NCBI RefSeq assembly: GCF_018350175.1
Contig: NC_058368.1
Span: 24,182,001 to 24,246,000 of the forward strand
DNA: 64,000 bases
DNA from: Felis catus
Taxonomy: Eukaryota
Direction of reading: 5' to 3'
Of the stretch, positions 52,053-64,000 are shown piece after piece. Made by a program: the position numbers and the translations under genes. How positions within the stretch are numbered: position 1 is the first letter of the stretch; every line of letters starts with the position of its first letter. Below the pieces are notes generated by a model. The model did not search any database. It saw only the letters and a program-made list of their open reading frames with translations, and was not told the origin of the DNA.

Positions 52053-52084
<32 letters not shown>

Positions 52085-52770
52085 AGCCAAATGTAACACT
52101 GTAGAAAGTCAATCCCCACAAGGTACCAGAATAACTCAAAAAATAAACAAAAACTAGAAAACATAACAAAATGGCAGTAAGTACATACTTATCAATAATT
52201 AACTGTAAGCGGCCTAAATGGTCCAGTCAAAAAACAGTTTGAATGGATTAAAAACAAGACTCATCTGTGTGCTGCCTCCAGGAGACTTACCTCAGACCTA
52301 TAGACACAGACAGACAACAAGTGAAGGGATGGGAAACCATTTACCCTGCAAATAGAAGCAGAAACGTTTTGGTTTTTTTCTTGGGGAGAGGGGAGGCCCC
52401 AAGCTATACTTTTAACCAATAAAAGAGACTTCAAAACTATACTATAACAAGAGGGAAAAAAAGAGCACTACACAATGATAAAGGGATTGATCCCACAAGA
52501 AGATATAGCATTTTTAACTGGAGCTAAAAAAAAATGCATTTTTAACTGCATTTTATCTGGAGCACCTATATACATAAAGCAAAAATTAATCAACAGGAAG
52601 AGAAATGGATGGTAATGAATAGTAGGGGACTTTAACATCCCACTTGTATCAATCAATAGATCACCCAGCCAGAAAATCAATAACATAGCAATGTCTTTGA
52701 ATGGCACACTACACTAGATGGACATAACATGTATACAGAACATGCCATGCAAGAACAGAATATATCTTTT
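51850..52770 (+). mobile_element. LINE-1 inter-ORF region and ORF2 endonuclease remnant
   Basis: aaatggcagtaagtacatacttatcaataatt, tgctgcctccaggagac, gggggactttaacatccca. Confidence 0.85.
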
Positions 52771-52859
52771 AAAAAAGAAATTTTTTTTCATGTTTTTTTT
52801 TTTTTTTTTGAAGGAAACAGCATGAGCAGGAGAGGGACAGAGCACTGTTTTTGCTCAAT

Positions 52860-54012
52860 GAAGTTGGTCAGTGCTGATGGACAGGATGAAAAAGACATCC
52901 CCAAGCTCGTTTGTCCCTGGAGTGGGAAGTGTGGGCCACCACTCTTCAGGAAGCCCTCACCTCTCTTGTGTCCCCAGCTTCACCAGATCCCTGCCTGCAT
53001 CTGACCTGCCCACCTGCCAGGTGGCACAACATACCTGCGTTCTGTCTCTCCAAATTTTAGAGATTCCTGCAGCACGGATCACACTGATCCTCTGCGAGAG
53101 GCTCTCACTGAGCTGTGCCAAGTGTTGGCTCGTCCAAGAAATCAGCTGTACAGCTGTGCAGTGGGTCAGAGTTTATGGTAAAGCACAGAAGGCTTACTGC
53201 CCTCAGCCAGTGTCCCTGGTCCTGTGTTGAAGAGGGCAGCTCAGTGGCACCTGCCAGGTCTTTTGCTCTCAGAGAGGCTGTGTCCCATCTCCCAAATGTA
53301 TCTCAAGCAGGGGAGCATCTCCCCCATGCAACCCAGGGGAGCCTCAGCCCATACTACCCACTCCCAGGTCTCTGCCCTCCTTCCCCACTGGAACAACACT
53401 AAACCCACCAGACAACATCTTTGATGGTCCAAACCTCCCCAATTTCAGACTCTGCACTCCACTGTTTATGAAATTTGTGGTATTTAGCCCTGCTTTTTCC
53501 ACAGTTAATGGTTTGGGGGAAGAGGCTTTTTTATTTATTTAGGAGGGAGCTAGGGAGTCAAATGAAAGCAGGGGAGGGACAGAGACAGAGGGAGAGAGAG
53601 GGCAAATCCCAAGCAGGCTCTGCACTCTCAGTGCAGGGCCCAACACAGGGCTCAGACCCATGAACCAAGAGGATCATGACCTGAGTTGACATCAAGAGAG
53701 GGAAGCTTAACAACCGAGCCATCCAAGCGCTCAGAGGAAGATTTTCCTTGTGCAGTTTCCTGCATGTGCTTTTACTCTCCCTTTCTCCAATCAGGGTTCC
53801 CTCCCCATTGCAGCACCTACAGCTCTTCTCTCCCCCAAATCAACTCCCTGTAGTTCCTACCTTCCACAATGGGTTATTTTCACCTTTAGTTGTACATTTT
53901 TGCTGAGCCCTCAGATCAGTTTCTTGGGTGTTCAAAACGATTTTATATTTATATTTATCTGTGCTCCAGGAACCAGACAAAACTAGGGTTTCCATACTCC
54001 TCTGCCATCTTA
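52860..54012 (-). mobile_element. Carnivore LINE-1 5' UTR fragment, antisense, with a nested antisense Can-SINE (53527-53732)
   Basis: Reverse complement starts aagatggcagaggagtatggaaaccctag, homologous to the 5' UTR at 16750. Confidence 0.8.
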
Positions 54013-54179
54013 AACCCTTCTCTCCTGAAGGAATAATTTTAATGTACAGTAATATTCTTGTCCATTTCAATTATTTCTGGAACCCCATTGGAGGTTTTGA
54101 TAAAAGACCCTGAGGGGTTTAACTGCCAGAAACAGCAATGTCAGGTGGACAGAAGGGATATTTGGATTTAAAAAGTCAC

Positions 54180-55290
54180 AAATTATACAAATTAAAAATG
54201 GGCAAAAGACATGAATAGGTATTTTTCCAAAGATGACAAATGGTCAACTGATATGTGAAAAGCTGCTCATTACCACTTATCAGAGAAATAGAAATCAATA
54301 ACTCCAATGAGATATCACCTCCTACCTATCAAAATGATTAAAATCAGTAACACAAGAAACAAGCATTGGCAGGGATGAGGAAAAAGGGGAACCTTCTTGC
54401 ACTTTTGGTAGAAATGCAAAGGAATGCAACCACTCTGCAAAAACAGTACAGAGGGTCCCCAGAAAGTTAAAAATAGAACTTCCCTACCATCCAGCAATCA
54501 CACTAAGTATCTACCCAACAAATACAAAAATACTATTTCAACGAGATACGTGCACCCCAATATTTATAGCAGCATTATCTACAATAGCCAAATTATGGAA
54601 GCAGCCCAAGTGTCCACTGACTAATGAATGGATAAAGAAGAGGTAAGGTATATATAAACATACATACCACACATGCATACATATACATACAAATAGTGGA
54701 GTATTACTCAGCCATCAAAAACAGTAAAATCTTGGGGCCCCTGGGTGGCTCTGTCAGTTAAGGATCAGACTTCAACTCAGATCATTATCTCCCAGTTCAG
54801 GTATTGAGCCCCGTGTCGGGCTCTGTGCTGACAGCTTGGAGCCTGCTTCGGATTCTGTGTCTCCTTTTCTCTCTCCCCTTCCCCATTCACGCGCTCTCTC
54901 AAAAATAAACTTTAAAAAAATAAAATCTTACATTTTCAATGATGTGGATGGAGCTGGAGTGTATTATACTAAGCAAAATAAGTCAGACAAAGACAAATAC
55001 CCTTTGATTTCACTCACATGTGGAACTTAACAAATGAGCAAGGGGGGGGGGGGGGTGGGAAAGAGTCAAAGCAAGATTTAAAGTCTTAACTATTCAGAAC
55101 AAACCAATGGTAACCAGAGGTGAAATGAGTGGGTGAATGGCTTAAATAGGTAGTGGGAATTAAGGGGTGCACTTGTTGTGATGACCATCAGGGGATCTAT
55201 TCAAGTTTTGAATCACTATATTGTACACCTGAAACTAATACTGCACTGATGTTAACTGTAATTTACCTAATTTAAAAATAAAAATAAACA
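54180..55290 (+). mobile_element. Carnivore LINE-1 ORF2 end and 3' UTR, with Can-SINE at 54734-54920
   Basis: caatgagatatcacctc, gcagcccaagtgtccactga, ttgtacacctgaaactaat; SINE TSD taaaatctt. Confidence 0.9.
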
Positions 55291-56329
55291 AGGGCCTCAT
55301 GAAGGTGAAAATTTGGCTTTTCTGATATACAGTTTTACTCCTGAGGAAGGTCAATAATTACTATTCACACTCACTAATCTATGATTATCTCAGCCATTAG
55401 AATACAGAGGAACCAAGTATATGGTCTACCCATCTTATTCTACCAAAATTCAAGATGAGGTAGAGATCCAATGTGGGTCAAACCCAAGGGCACAACTAGG
55501 CTGTAATGTTAAAAGATACAGCCTTCCCTGAAAGAAGCCAAGACATTAAAAATCTATCCTCTGAGCAATGAGCTGTCATGATTTGCTTTTTAGATGCATT
55601 TCCTCTAATAGGCTGCTTTTCTCATAGTGCTCCTTCAGTAAAATTGTCCCCAAGGGTTTTTCTCCCTTGGAAAGTACCTCAACCATCAGCTACCCATATT
55701 CCCTATTACCCCAAAATTGGAAATGGAATGGGGACACAGAAGGGAGGTCTAACAGGCTGTTAGGTGTGGCTCTGATCACACAAATAGAACCCTCACAGCT
55801 CACATGGTCCAATGTGGTTCACTACACGTCCTAGTTAGGAATATGTGTATTTGCCAGGAATATTCCTCCAGCACATATCACAAACAACTACCAGGGTAGC
55901 ACCACCCTCAGTTGGTGCCAGAACAAAATTTGGGATCCTGCCCAAATGTCTTGGAGATTCACTTAATAGCATCTGCAAGATTTTATGAGGCAATCCTTTG
56001 GAACCGGCAAAAATATTTGCCTTAAATAGTTCTGTGCTCTTCATATAAGAGGTTATCCCCCTGCCGTATAATTAGTCTAAAGAATATATATATGTTTATC
56101 CCCAAACCTGCATTGTGTCTGGTTGTAAATTAGGTATTTCAGGAAGCACATCTAGTAAGAATGTACCAAGTGGATTCCTTATGACTTTAAATAAAGGCAA
56201 TGTACCTTGAAGCACCTCAGTTAATCTGACTGAATAAAGAAGAAATTGGCAAATCAAGTGTGTCATTCAATTAATAGGCTAGATAGTCATTTTACTACTC
56301 TGAGTAGAAGTCCTTATTCAGGAAAGGGG

Positions 56330-56790
56330 TTCTAATGCACTGGTTAATCACATGTCCTGGTATCTCCGCACAAGGATGGTCGGGTGGCAGGACCCATATT
56401 GGCCAGTTCAAGTACTCAATTCTTCCAGCCACCATGATTGGTTCAGAGATGGGCATCTGAACATCAGGTCCAATCAGGATCTTCCCTCCGTGTGATAAAA
56501 GGATTATGACAGTTAAATCCTTTTCGCAAGCTTCAATAATGCAAAAATTGGCATTGTCAGCAGCTGTCTTTCACAACTATATGAAGGAAGCCATCTCAGT
56601 AAAAGAAAATCAATTCAGCCCAAAGGAAAGCCAGTTCTAGGGAGAGAAATATTGTCTCCATCTTTTTAGCTTCTAGATGTTGCCATGCCTTAAGCTCCAG
56701 TTCTATTCCTGGACTTGTCAATTACCCGACTCTCTTTCTGAGGTTTCTTTGACTTAGATATTTTCCCCTTGCCAATAAAATCCTGAATAC
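56330..56790. mobile_element. Old MLT1-type LTR
   Basis: catgattggttcagagatgggcat...ccaatcagg. Confidence 0.55.
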
Positions 56791-57061
56791 CACAACTACT
56801 ATGTCTTAAAGGTACAAGCTATTTTTTAAAAAATTTCACCTTAAAGTCAGTGTATCCCATAGTAAGAATGTAAGATCATCCCCAGCTCTCTTCCTAGGAC
56901 ATTTGATCATTAAGTAATATTTCTAGGAGCATATACATGGCTCAGAAAGCTTATAAAGTCCAAAATATGATGAACTTCTTGGCCCAGATGGTTTTGACCA
57001 TTTTAATGTGTTTGCTTTAAATTTAAGAAAGGCATACATGTTCTCAAAAGTAACAATAATA

Positions 57062-57277
57062 GGGGCGCCTGGGTGGCGCAGTCGGTTAAGCCTCCGACTT
57101 CAGCCAGGTCACGATCTCGCAGTCCGTGAGTTCGAGCCCCGCGTCAGGCTCTGGGCTGATGGCTCGGAGCCTGGAGCCTGTTTCCGATTCTGTGTCTCCC
57201 TCTCTCTCTGACCCTCCCCCGTTCATGCTCTGTTTCTCTCTGTCCCAAAAAAAATAAACGTTGAAAAAAAAAATTAA
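57062..57277 (+). mobile_element. Very young Can-SINE (SINEC_Fc-like)
   Basis: ggggcgcctgggtggcgcagtcggttaag, intact B-box gagttcgagccc; perfect 16-bp TSD aaaagtaacaataata at 57046-57061 and 57278-57293. Confidence 0.98.
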
Positions 57278-57414
57278 AAAAGTAACAATAATATTCTAGA
57301 GAGGTCTTTATATCCTACTCTTGTTTAATGTTAACTTATGAGTAGTTTTCCACATGATGAAATACTCTTCAAGTGCATGATTCCTAGAAGCTTCACAGTA
57401 TTTCACCTTCTTTT

Positions 57415-59308
57415 TTAAGGAAAAAATTCCATTTACCATTACACCAAAAAGAGTTCGATACCTAAGAATAAAATTAACTGAAGAGGCCAAAGACCTGTTA
57501 TCTGAAAAAGCAAGCACTGAAGAGGACACAAATGGAAAGCTATTGTACATTCATGGATTGGAAGAACGTTGGGAACATGTCCATTCTACCCAAAGTAGTC
57601 TACAGATTCAATGCAGTATCAACAGCATTTTTCGCAGAACTAGAATACTAAAATTTATATGGAACCACAGACGATCCCAACTAGCCAAGCAATCAAAGCT
57701 GGTGGTATCACAGTTCCAGATTTCAAGTCATACCACAAAGCTGAAGTAATAAAAACAGGATAGTACTGGCACAAAAACACATATGGATCAATGGAACAGA
57801 ATATAGAACCCAGAGATAAAGCCATGCTTATCTAGTCAATTAATCTAGGACAAAGTAGCTAAGAGTATCCATTGGGGAGAAGACAATCTCTTCAATAAAT
57901 AGTACTGGGGCAACTGAACAGCTACATGGCAAAGAATGAAATTGGACCACTTTCCTACACCATATACAAAGAAACTTCAAATAGGTTGAACACCTGAAAC
58001 CATCCAACATCTTGAAGCAGGCAGCAGGCATTAATCTCTTGGACATCAACGGAAACTTATTCTAAAGGTCTCCTAAGGCAAGGGAAATGAAAGCAAAAAT
58101 CAACTATTGGGACTACACCAACATAAAAAGCTTTTGCAAAGTAAAAGCCAACAACAAAATAAAGGAACATAGTGAATGGAATATGTTTAAAAACGATGTA
58201 TTTGATAAGAAGTTAATATCTAAAATAAAGAACTCCAACTCAACACCAAAAAGACAAATAATTTGATTAAAAGTTGGGCACAGAACCTGAATAGACCTTT
58301 CACCATACAAGATATACAGAGGACCACACATGAAAAGATGCTTAACATTACTCATCATCAGGTAAATGTAAATCAAAACCACAATGAGATATCACTTCAC
58401 ACCAGGCAGAATGACTAGCATCCAAAAGACAAGAAATAACAAGTGTTGGTGCAAATGCGCAGAAAAAGGAACTCATGCACAGTTGGTGGGAATGCAAATT
58501 GGAACAGCCACTCTGAAAAACAGTACGGAAGTTCCTCAAAAAATTAAAAATGAGAATGCCATATGATCCAGGAATTCTACTACTGGGTATCTACCCACCT
58601 CCCCCCCCACACACAAAATGACAACACTAATTTGAGAAGATCTATCATCCCTATGTTTATTGCAGCATTACTGACCATTGCCAACAAATGGAAGCAACTC
58701 ACGTGTCCATCAATAGATGGACAGTGTTATATGTATTCAGTGGAATATTACTCAGTCAAAAAAAAACTGAGATCTTGCATTTTCACCATGTATGACCTAA
58801 AGGGTATAATGCTAAGCGAAATAAGTCAGACAGAGTCTAAAGACAAACCGTATTGTTTCACTCGTATGTGTAATCTCAAACAAAAACATAAAGATGGTTA
58901 CAACACAGAGAACAAACTGGTGGTTACCAGAGGGGAGTTTGGGAGGGGGCTGGATCAAACAGGTAAAGGAGATTAAGAGTACATTTATCATGAGCACTGG
59001 GTAACGTACAGAATTTTTTAAGTATTTTTTAAAGTTTATATACTTTGAAAGACAGAAGTGCATGCAAGCAGGGGAGAGGGGCAGAGAGAGAGAGCGTGTG
59101 CGAGCACGCAAGAGAAAATCCCAAGCAGGCTCAACACTCAGTGCAGAGTCTGAGACAAGGCTCAGTCTTACAAACCGTGAGATCATGACCGGAAGCCAAA
59201 ATCAAGAGCCGATGTTCAACCGAGTCACCCAGGTGCCCCTACAGTTTTTAAATCATTATGTTACACCCTCTATGTTATCCATCAATGTAAATAGATTTTT
59301 TAAAAAAT
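57415..59308 (+). mobile_element. 5'-truncated carnivore LINE-1 with antisense Can-SINE (59021-59239) in its 3' UTR
   Basis: [32 protein letters not shown]; 3' UTR motifs; SINE flanks tacagaatttt/tacagttttt. Confidence 0.92.
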
Positions 59309-59329
59309 ATATTCTATTGTCTTAGCTCC

Positions 59330-60830
59330 CAGGACACCACATTCTTGCCTTTTTCTCCTTCGTCATCACCTCCACCCCACTGTCTTTTGTGGGTTCTTCC
59401 TCATTTCCCTCACCTCTAAATGTTAAAGAATCTCTGGATTCTGTCCTTGGACAGGTTCTTACTCTCCTTAGATAGGATGATTTCTCAAGTATTTAATGAC
59501 TCTCAACATCACTTATATATTCACAATATCCTAATTTGTATCTCCAACTTCAATCTCCCTCATTCTCCTCCAGACCTTTACATTCACTTGTGTTTTAGGA
59601 CATTGTTATTTGTTATAATTCATCTCCAGTTTAACATGCCCCAAACTGGTCTGAAATTTTCTAAAAGTTGTACCTCCTAAAGCCTTCCCCACTTCGGTTA
59701 AGGACCACTCCACCCACCCAGTTGCTCAGATCTAAAACCTCATAGTCACCTTTAGACACTTGGTTTTCTCACGTGTCACATGCTATCCTTCCACCTCCCA
59801 TTCACCCCCTGCTATCAACCCATGTTGTTCGTGTATATTTTAACATTTTCAATGAAAGCGATCTTATCAAGGTTATCACCAAACTCATGTTGCTAAATCC
59901 AATGGACTCTTCCGTGCTTTCATCTTAATAGACATCTCAGTATTCACGGACCTCTTAGCCTCTTTCTTGAGAAGACTTTCTTCTTTTGGGTTCCAAGACA
60001 CCATACTCTCCTAAGTGGTCTTACCATTTCTCTAAAGATTTTTTGTTGAATCCTCTACCTCCTTAAAATCTTTAAAATCCATCCCTTGTCTCTAAATCAA
60101 AGCTGTCATTCCAGCAATTATTTCCTGCCTCTATTGCATAGTCAATTTCTTCCTTTCTTCTGGATCATTCCTATCACCACAAAACCACAGTATAATTTAT
60201 CTTTATCTTGAAAAAAAAAATTCCCTTTGCCTCATATCCTGTCATTTGCAATTCCATTTAGATTATCAAAGTAGTTATCTCTGTCTATATTTATCACTTC
60301 TTCCCGTCTTCCTATATTTTTTTTGTATCCACATAGTTGGGCTCTTACTCCCAACTACTCCAGTTACAGTCAAAGCCAAAAGTTTCCATTTTGGCAAATG
60401 TGATTGTCATTTCTTCTATCCCATACTCAGCTAATCAGAGCACTGGACAGTTGAGTATATTCCCCCCTCACCCCTTTATCTGACTTCTGGGATAGAATTC
60501 ACTGAGTGCTACTCATTCTGCTTGAGTAGTTCCCCCCTAGATTGCTCCAACATCAAAATATTGGAATAATCCAGGGCCCATTCCTCAAACCTCTTTTCCC
60601 TTATGTTTCCACTCCTTCCCTCAGCGTTCCCACCAAGTTTCATACTTTAAGTACCACCACAATGCCACGGATCACCAAGTTTATACCTCCTCCCTATACC
60701 CCTGAACTCCAACTTGCTCCCACCAACTATTTAAGTTTATGAATTAAGGCAGGAATCTTATCTTCAATGTTCTACTCAGCACTACAACAGGGCTTGACAT
60801 AGCACTCAAAGGTTGTCTGTTAGGAGTATT
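59330..60830 (+). mobile_element. LINE-2 fragments
   Basis: aaagccttccccacttcgg, catgttgctaaatccaatgg, tgggttccaagacaccatactctcc. Confidence 0.75.
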
Positions 60831-61064
60831 GTTAAACTAAACACCACTGTGCAAATATTTAATAGAGAACAGTGATTAGCTAATTCCAAGTAATTGCTTC
60901 TTTTCACCTAAGTCAATGGTGTAAGGGAGGACAATTTAAGACCTTGCTTTTCAAGCATGCAGTCATCAAGTGGTCTGGTTTGTTCTAAACCTGAGAACTA
61001 GGGCATCCAAAGGAAGGGGTGGATCATTTATCATTTGGGAAATCTTCTGTTAAAATTTGTTCTC

Positions 61065-61278
61065 GGGGCACTCGGGTGGCTCAGTCCGCCGGGCAGCCAA
61101 CTTCGGCTCAGGTCATCATCTCACGGTTCGTGGGTTCGAGCCCCATGTTGACAGCTCAGAGCCTGGATGCCCCTTCGGATTCTGTGTCTCCCTCTCTCTC
61201 TGCCCCATCCCTGCACACGCTTTGTCTGTCTCTCGCTCTCAAAAATGTTAAAAAATTTTTCTAAGTAAAAATTTAAAG
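61065..61278 (+). mobile_element. Can-SINE (felid type)
   Basis: ggggcactcgggtggctcag; TSD aaaatttgttctc/aaaattgttctc. Confidence 0.94.
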
Positions 61279-62304
61279 AAAATTGTTCTCATTCTCAGAC
61301 TATTAGTAGGATTTGGACAGCCTAAATCTCAAGGATATATTCTTAAGAACAGAGTTGAAGAATTCTAGGCAGCCATTTCAGAATAAAACCAGACATAGTC
61401 CACTGAGCAGAGGTGAAGGTTGACATGGCCCTGAAGAGAAACCTAGGAAGACTGCAACAAGGATGTGGCCTAGGTTTCTTTGAACAAGAGGAAATAAATG
61501 ACTTCCCAAACATACAAGTCATTTAACAGTTTTTCAGACTACGATCCACAGAAAGTTTACAGCAACATGGGTAAATCTCACATGCTACTGAGCAAAAGAA
61601 GCCAGAACGAACATCAGTATATACTATAGGTTACCATTTAAATCAAGACGAGAAGAGCAGGAGGAGAGAAATTTCCGAAGTGATGGCAATGGTGGCTTTT
61701 TTATTTGTGGGATGGTCACACTGGTGGATGCTCGTCAAAACTTGAACTATATGCTTAGGATCTTTACATTTTAGTTTTACAGTCCTTAAATGAGCGAAAG
61801 GGGCCTGAAATGAGTGTTGTGGGGGACAGATCGGAATTGAGAAAGGTAATTGTGAGCAAATCTCTTCACTGCACAGTCCCTCACTGCATATATTAGGTTT
61901 ACAGTACACTGCAGATATCTAAGAGGAGGCAATAAGATGCATTCTACTCCCGATTTACTTGCTCAACAATTTCCCTCACACATCTACTAATATCTGTAAG
62001 GCACTCATGTTTCAGAAGCCACTCACTTTTGACTGTAGGAAAATTCAAGGTTGCAATACCACTGCAACCATTAAAAAAAAAAAAAAGTCAACATCTGATT
62101 TAGGCAATCATCTTTTGGTGAACCCTCCCAGAATAAACAGAACATTGTAAAACATATCCTGAAAGAAGGCCCAATTAGGGACTCAAGTAATTGTGCCCCA
62201 AGGAAGTTTCTTTTGGGGGTTATTGGCCTTAAATTCCTTGTGGAAGTATATAGTAAAGCCAGTTGTTCAATAAAGAACTTCTAGATTATGAGAATAATGT
62301 ATTT

Positions 62305-62491
62305 TTATAATGTTTAATTTCTGAGAGACAGCACAAGGGGGGGAAGTGGCAGAGACAGGGAGACACAGAATCTGAAGCAGCTCCAGGCTCTGAGCTGTCA
62401 GCACAGAGCCCAACGTGGGGCTGAACTCACAAACCGTGAGATCATGACTTGAGCCAAAGTCGGAGGCTTAACTGAGCCTCCCAGGTGCCCG
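62305..62491 (-). mobile_element. Can-SINE (felid type)
   Basis: Reverse complement of full SINE body ending ccaggtgccc. Confidence 0.93.
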
Positions 62492-62591
62492 GAAAATAGT
62501 ATATTCGTCAACATACTTTTTTTTTCTATTTTCTCTAAGATATTAAGCTCATCCAGAGTAAGCATTAAAAACACAGGTTTAAAAACATAGG

Positions 62592-62740
62592 TCTTTCTTC
62601 CCCCACCCCCACCCATGATGGGCATAGAGGACGGCACTTACTGGGATGAGCACTGGGTGTTGTATGTAAGCGAACCTGACAATAAATTATATTAAAAATA
62701 ATAAAATGGGACGACTAAATAATATAAATAAGTATTAGAA
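62592..62740 (+). mobile_element. Very short L1 3'-end insertion with inverted 5' tip
   Basis: ccccacccccaccca (antisense G-tract) then tgatgggcatagagg..gatgagcactgggtgttgtatg..aataaa; TSD aaaaacatagg (62581-62591) / aaaaatatagg (62741-62751). Confidence 0.75.
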
Positions 62741-62758
62741 AAAAATATAGGCCTTAGG

Positions 62759-62970
62759 GGGGTGCCTAGGTGGCTCAGTCAGTTAAGCGGCCAATTTGGG
62801 TTGAGGTCTGGTCTCGAGGTTCGTGAGTTCAGCCCCATGTCGGGCTCTGTGCTGATAGTGCAGAGCCTGGAGCCTGCATTGGATTCTGTGTCTCCCTCTC
62901 TCTCTCTGCCCTTCCCCTGCTCACTCTCTCTCAAAAATAAGTAAACGCTGAAAAATTTTTTTTATTTTTT
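62759..62970 (+). mobile_element. Can-SINE (felid type)
   Basis: ggggtgcctaggtggctcag; TSD aaatataggccttagg (62743-62758) / aaatataagctttagg (62971-62986). Confidence 0.93.
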
Positions 62971-62984
62971 AAATATAAGCTTTA

Positions 62985-63400
62985 GGTTCCCTAGGAAGCC
63001 ACACTTGTGTGCAAGAGACACACTTGTGTGCAAGAGAAGGATTGCCTAGAGCTCCAGATCCGTATCTGCAGGGCAGCGAGGGAGGCAGGACAAGGGAGAG
63101 GGAGGAGATTAACTATGGTGTAGTCCCAACAGAGGCCTCAGCAGATGCCATGGAGGCTGTGGTACCAGGATGGTCCCTCAGCATCGTTCAGTCCTGAGGC
63201 AAGGGAGCCAGACTTTTGTAGCCTCACAGCAGACCCCAGGGGAGAGGCATGACTACGGGCAAAATGGCCTCTTTGGTGGAGGTTAATTTTCACAACGAGA
63301 ATCCACTGAGAGCCATCAGTTATCAACACTTCCAGCAACAGGGAAAACGAGTACCTCTGAAGGAGAAGCCGGGCTGCACATCAGTGTTCACCATAGCAGC
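62985..63400. mobile_element. Old ERVL LTR (LTR16-like)
   Basis: gtcccaacagaggcctcagc...ggatggtccctcagc...tgaggcaagggagccagacttttgta. Confidence 0.55.
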
Positions 63401-64000
63401 CAACCTACAACCCTCTTCCCAACTCAACAGTGTCTGACCTTTAAGAAACCATTCCTACCAAATCTCACCCCCACCCTATTAATACACAAGCTCTGCTTAA
63501 GCACAGTAGCCAAGGCTCTGAGTTTTGCACAAGTATTCATACAGTTGTGAACAACCCCAAAGGCTACTGACAATTATTTTTGCAATATAAATCGTACACC
63601 AAGAAATTCATGGACTGGCTTTGCCATGATTGCAAACCTACCTATTCATGAAGACATGAAGCCTGAGATCAGATTTCTCCAAAAACACAGTAATCCATAA
63701 AACAAAATGTATCATCAGAAAGCTTTAATTTTGTAACAAAGTATTTTTCAATCACACTTGTCTCTGCCTTCTTGAGTAAGATTAAATTAGTATCTCATTG
63801 GACAAAGTAATGAAAAAGGAACTAGAGATTCTTTGTTTCCCCCTGATTCTGCTTTTTAATACAGGCTGTCAATTCATTTATTCTTTCAAAATTCAGTGGG
63901 AGATACCATGCTTAGCCTTGAAGATAGGTAAGAAGTTCACCATTTAATAAAGACAGACATGTGAACAGGTATTTATCAGTCACACGTTTCTTTCAACAAA

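Noticed and set aside
52860..53520. GC-richer stretch as a promoter or CpG island
   Set aside because: CpG-poor and explained by an antisense L1 5' UTR
57062..57140. tRNA-like A/B boxes as tRNA genes
   Set aside because: They are tRNA-derived SINE heads followed by a CT tract, A-tail and TSD
1..64000. CRISPR arrays, operons or other prokaryotic systems
   Set aside because: Mammalian DNA; no repeat-spacer array or gene-dense organisation

Overview
AT-rich, CpG-poor mammalian genomic DNA. The tRNA-derived Can-SINEs (including near-consensus SINEC_Fc-like copies) and L1_Fc-like 3' UTRs point to a carnivore, most likely a felid. Most of the window is transposable-element debris: about 20 Can-SINEs, many LINE-1s (one decayed full-length copy at 16.7-23.6 kb and a younger 5'-truncated copy at 24.3-26.8 kb), L2 and MIR relics, ERV/MaLR solo LTRs, hAT-Charlie and Tigger-type DNA elements, and microsatellites. 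I recognise no host protein-coding exon, RNA gene, CpG island or promoter. The listed ORFs are L1 ORF2 fragments, SINE read-throughs or chance ORFs. I found no novel biological system. The most interesting observations concern retrotransposition mechanics: a tail-to-tail L1 inverted repeat joined at the same consensus position, a solo LTR with a 6-bp TSD, twin-priming inversions, a possible short 3' transduction, and young insertions with perfect TSDs. A few weak exon candidates lie in the unique DNA. Subfamily names come from recalled consensus similarity and are approximate. Boundaries without a TSD are approximate to tens of bp.
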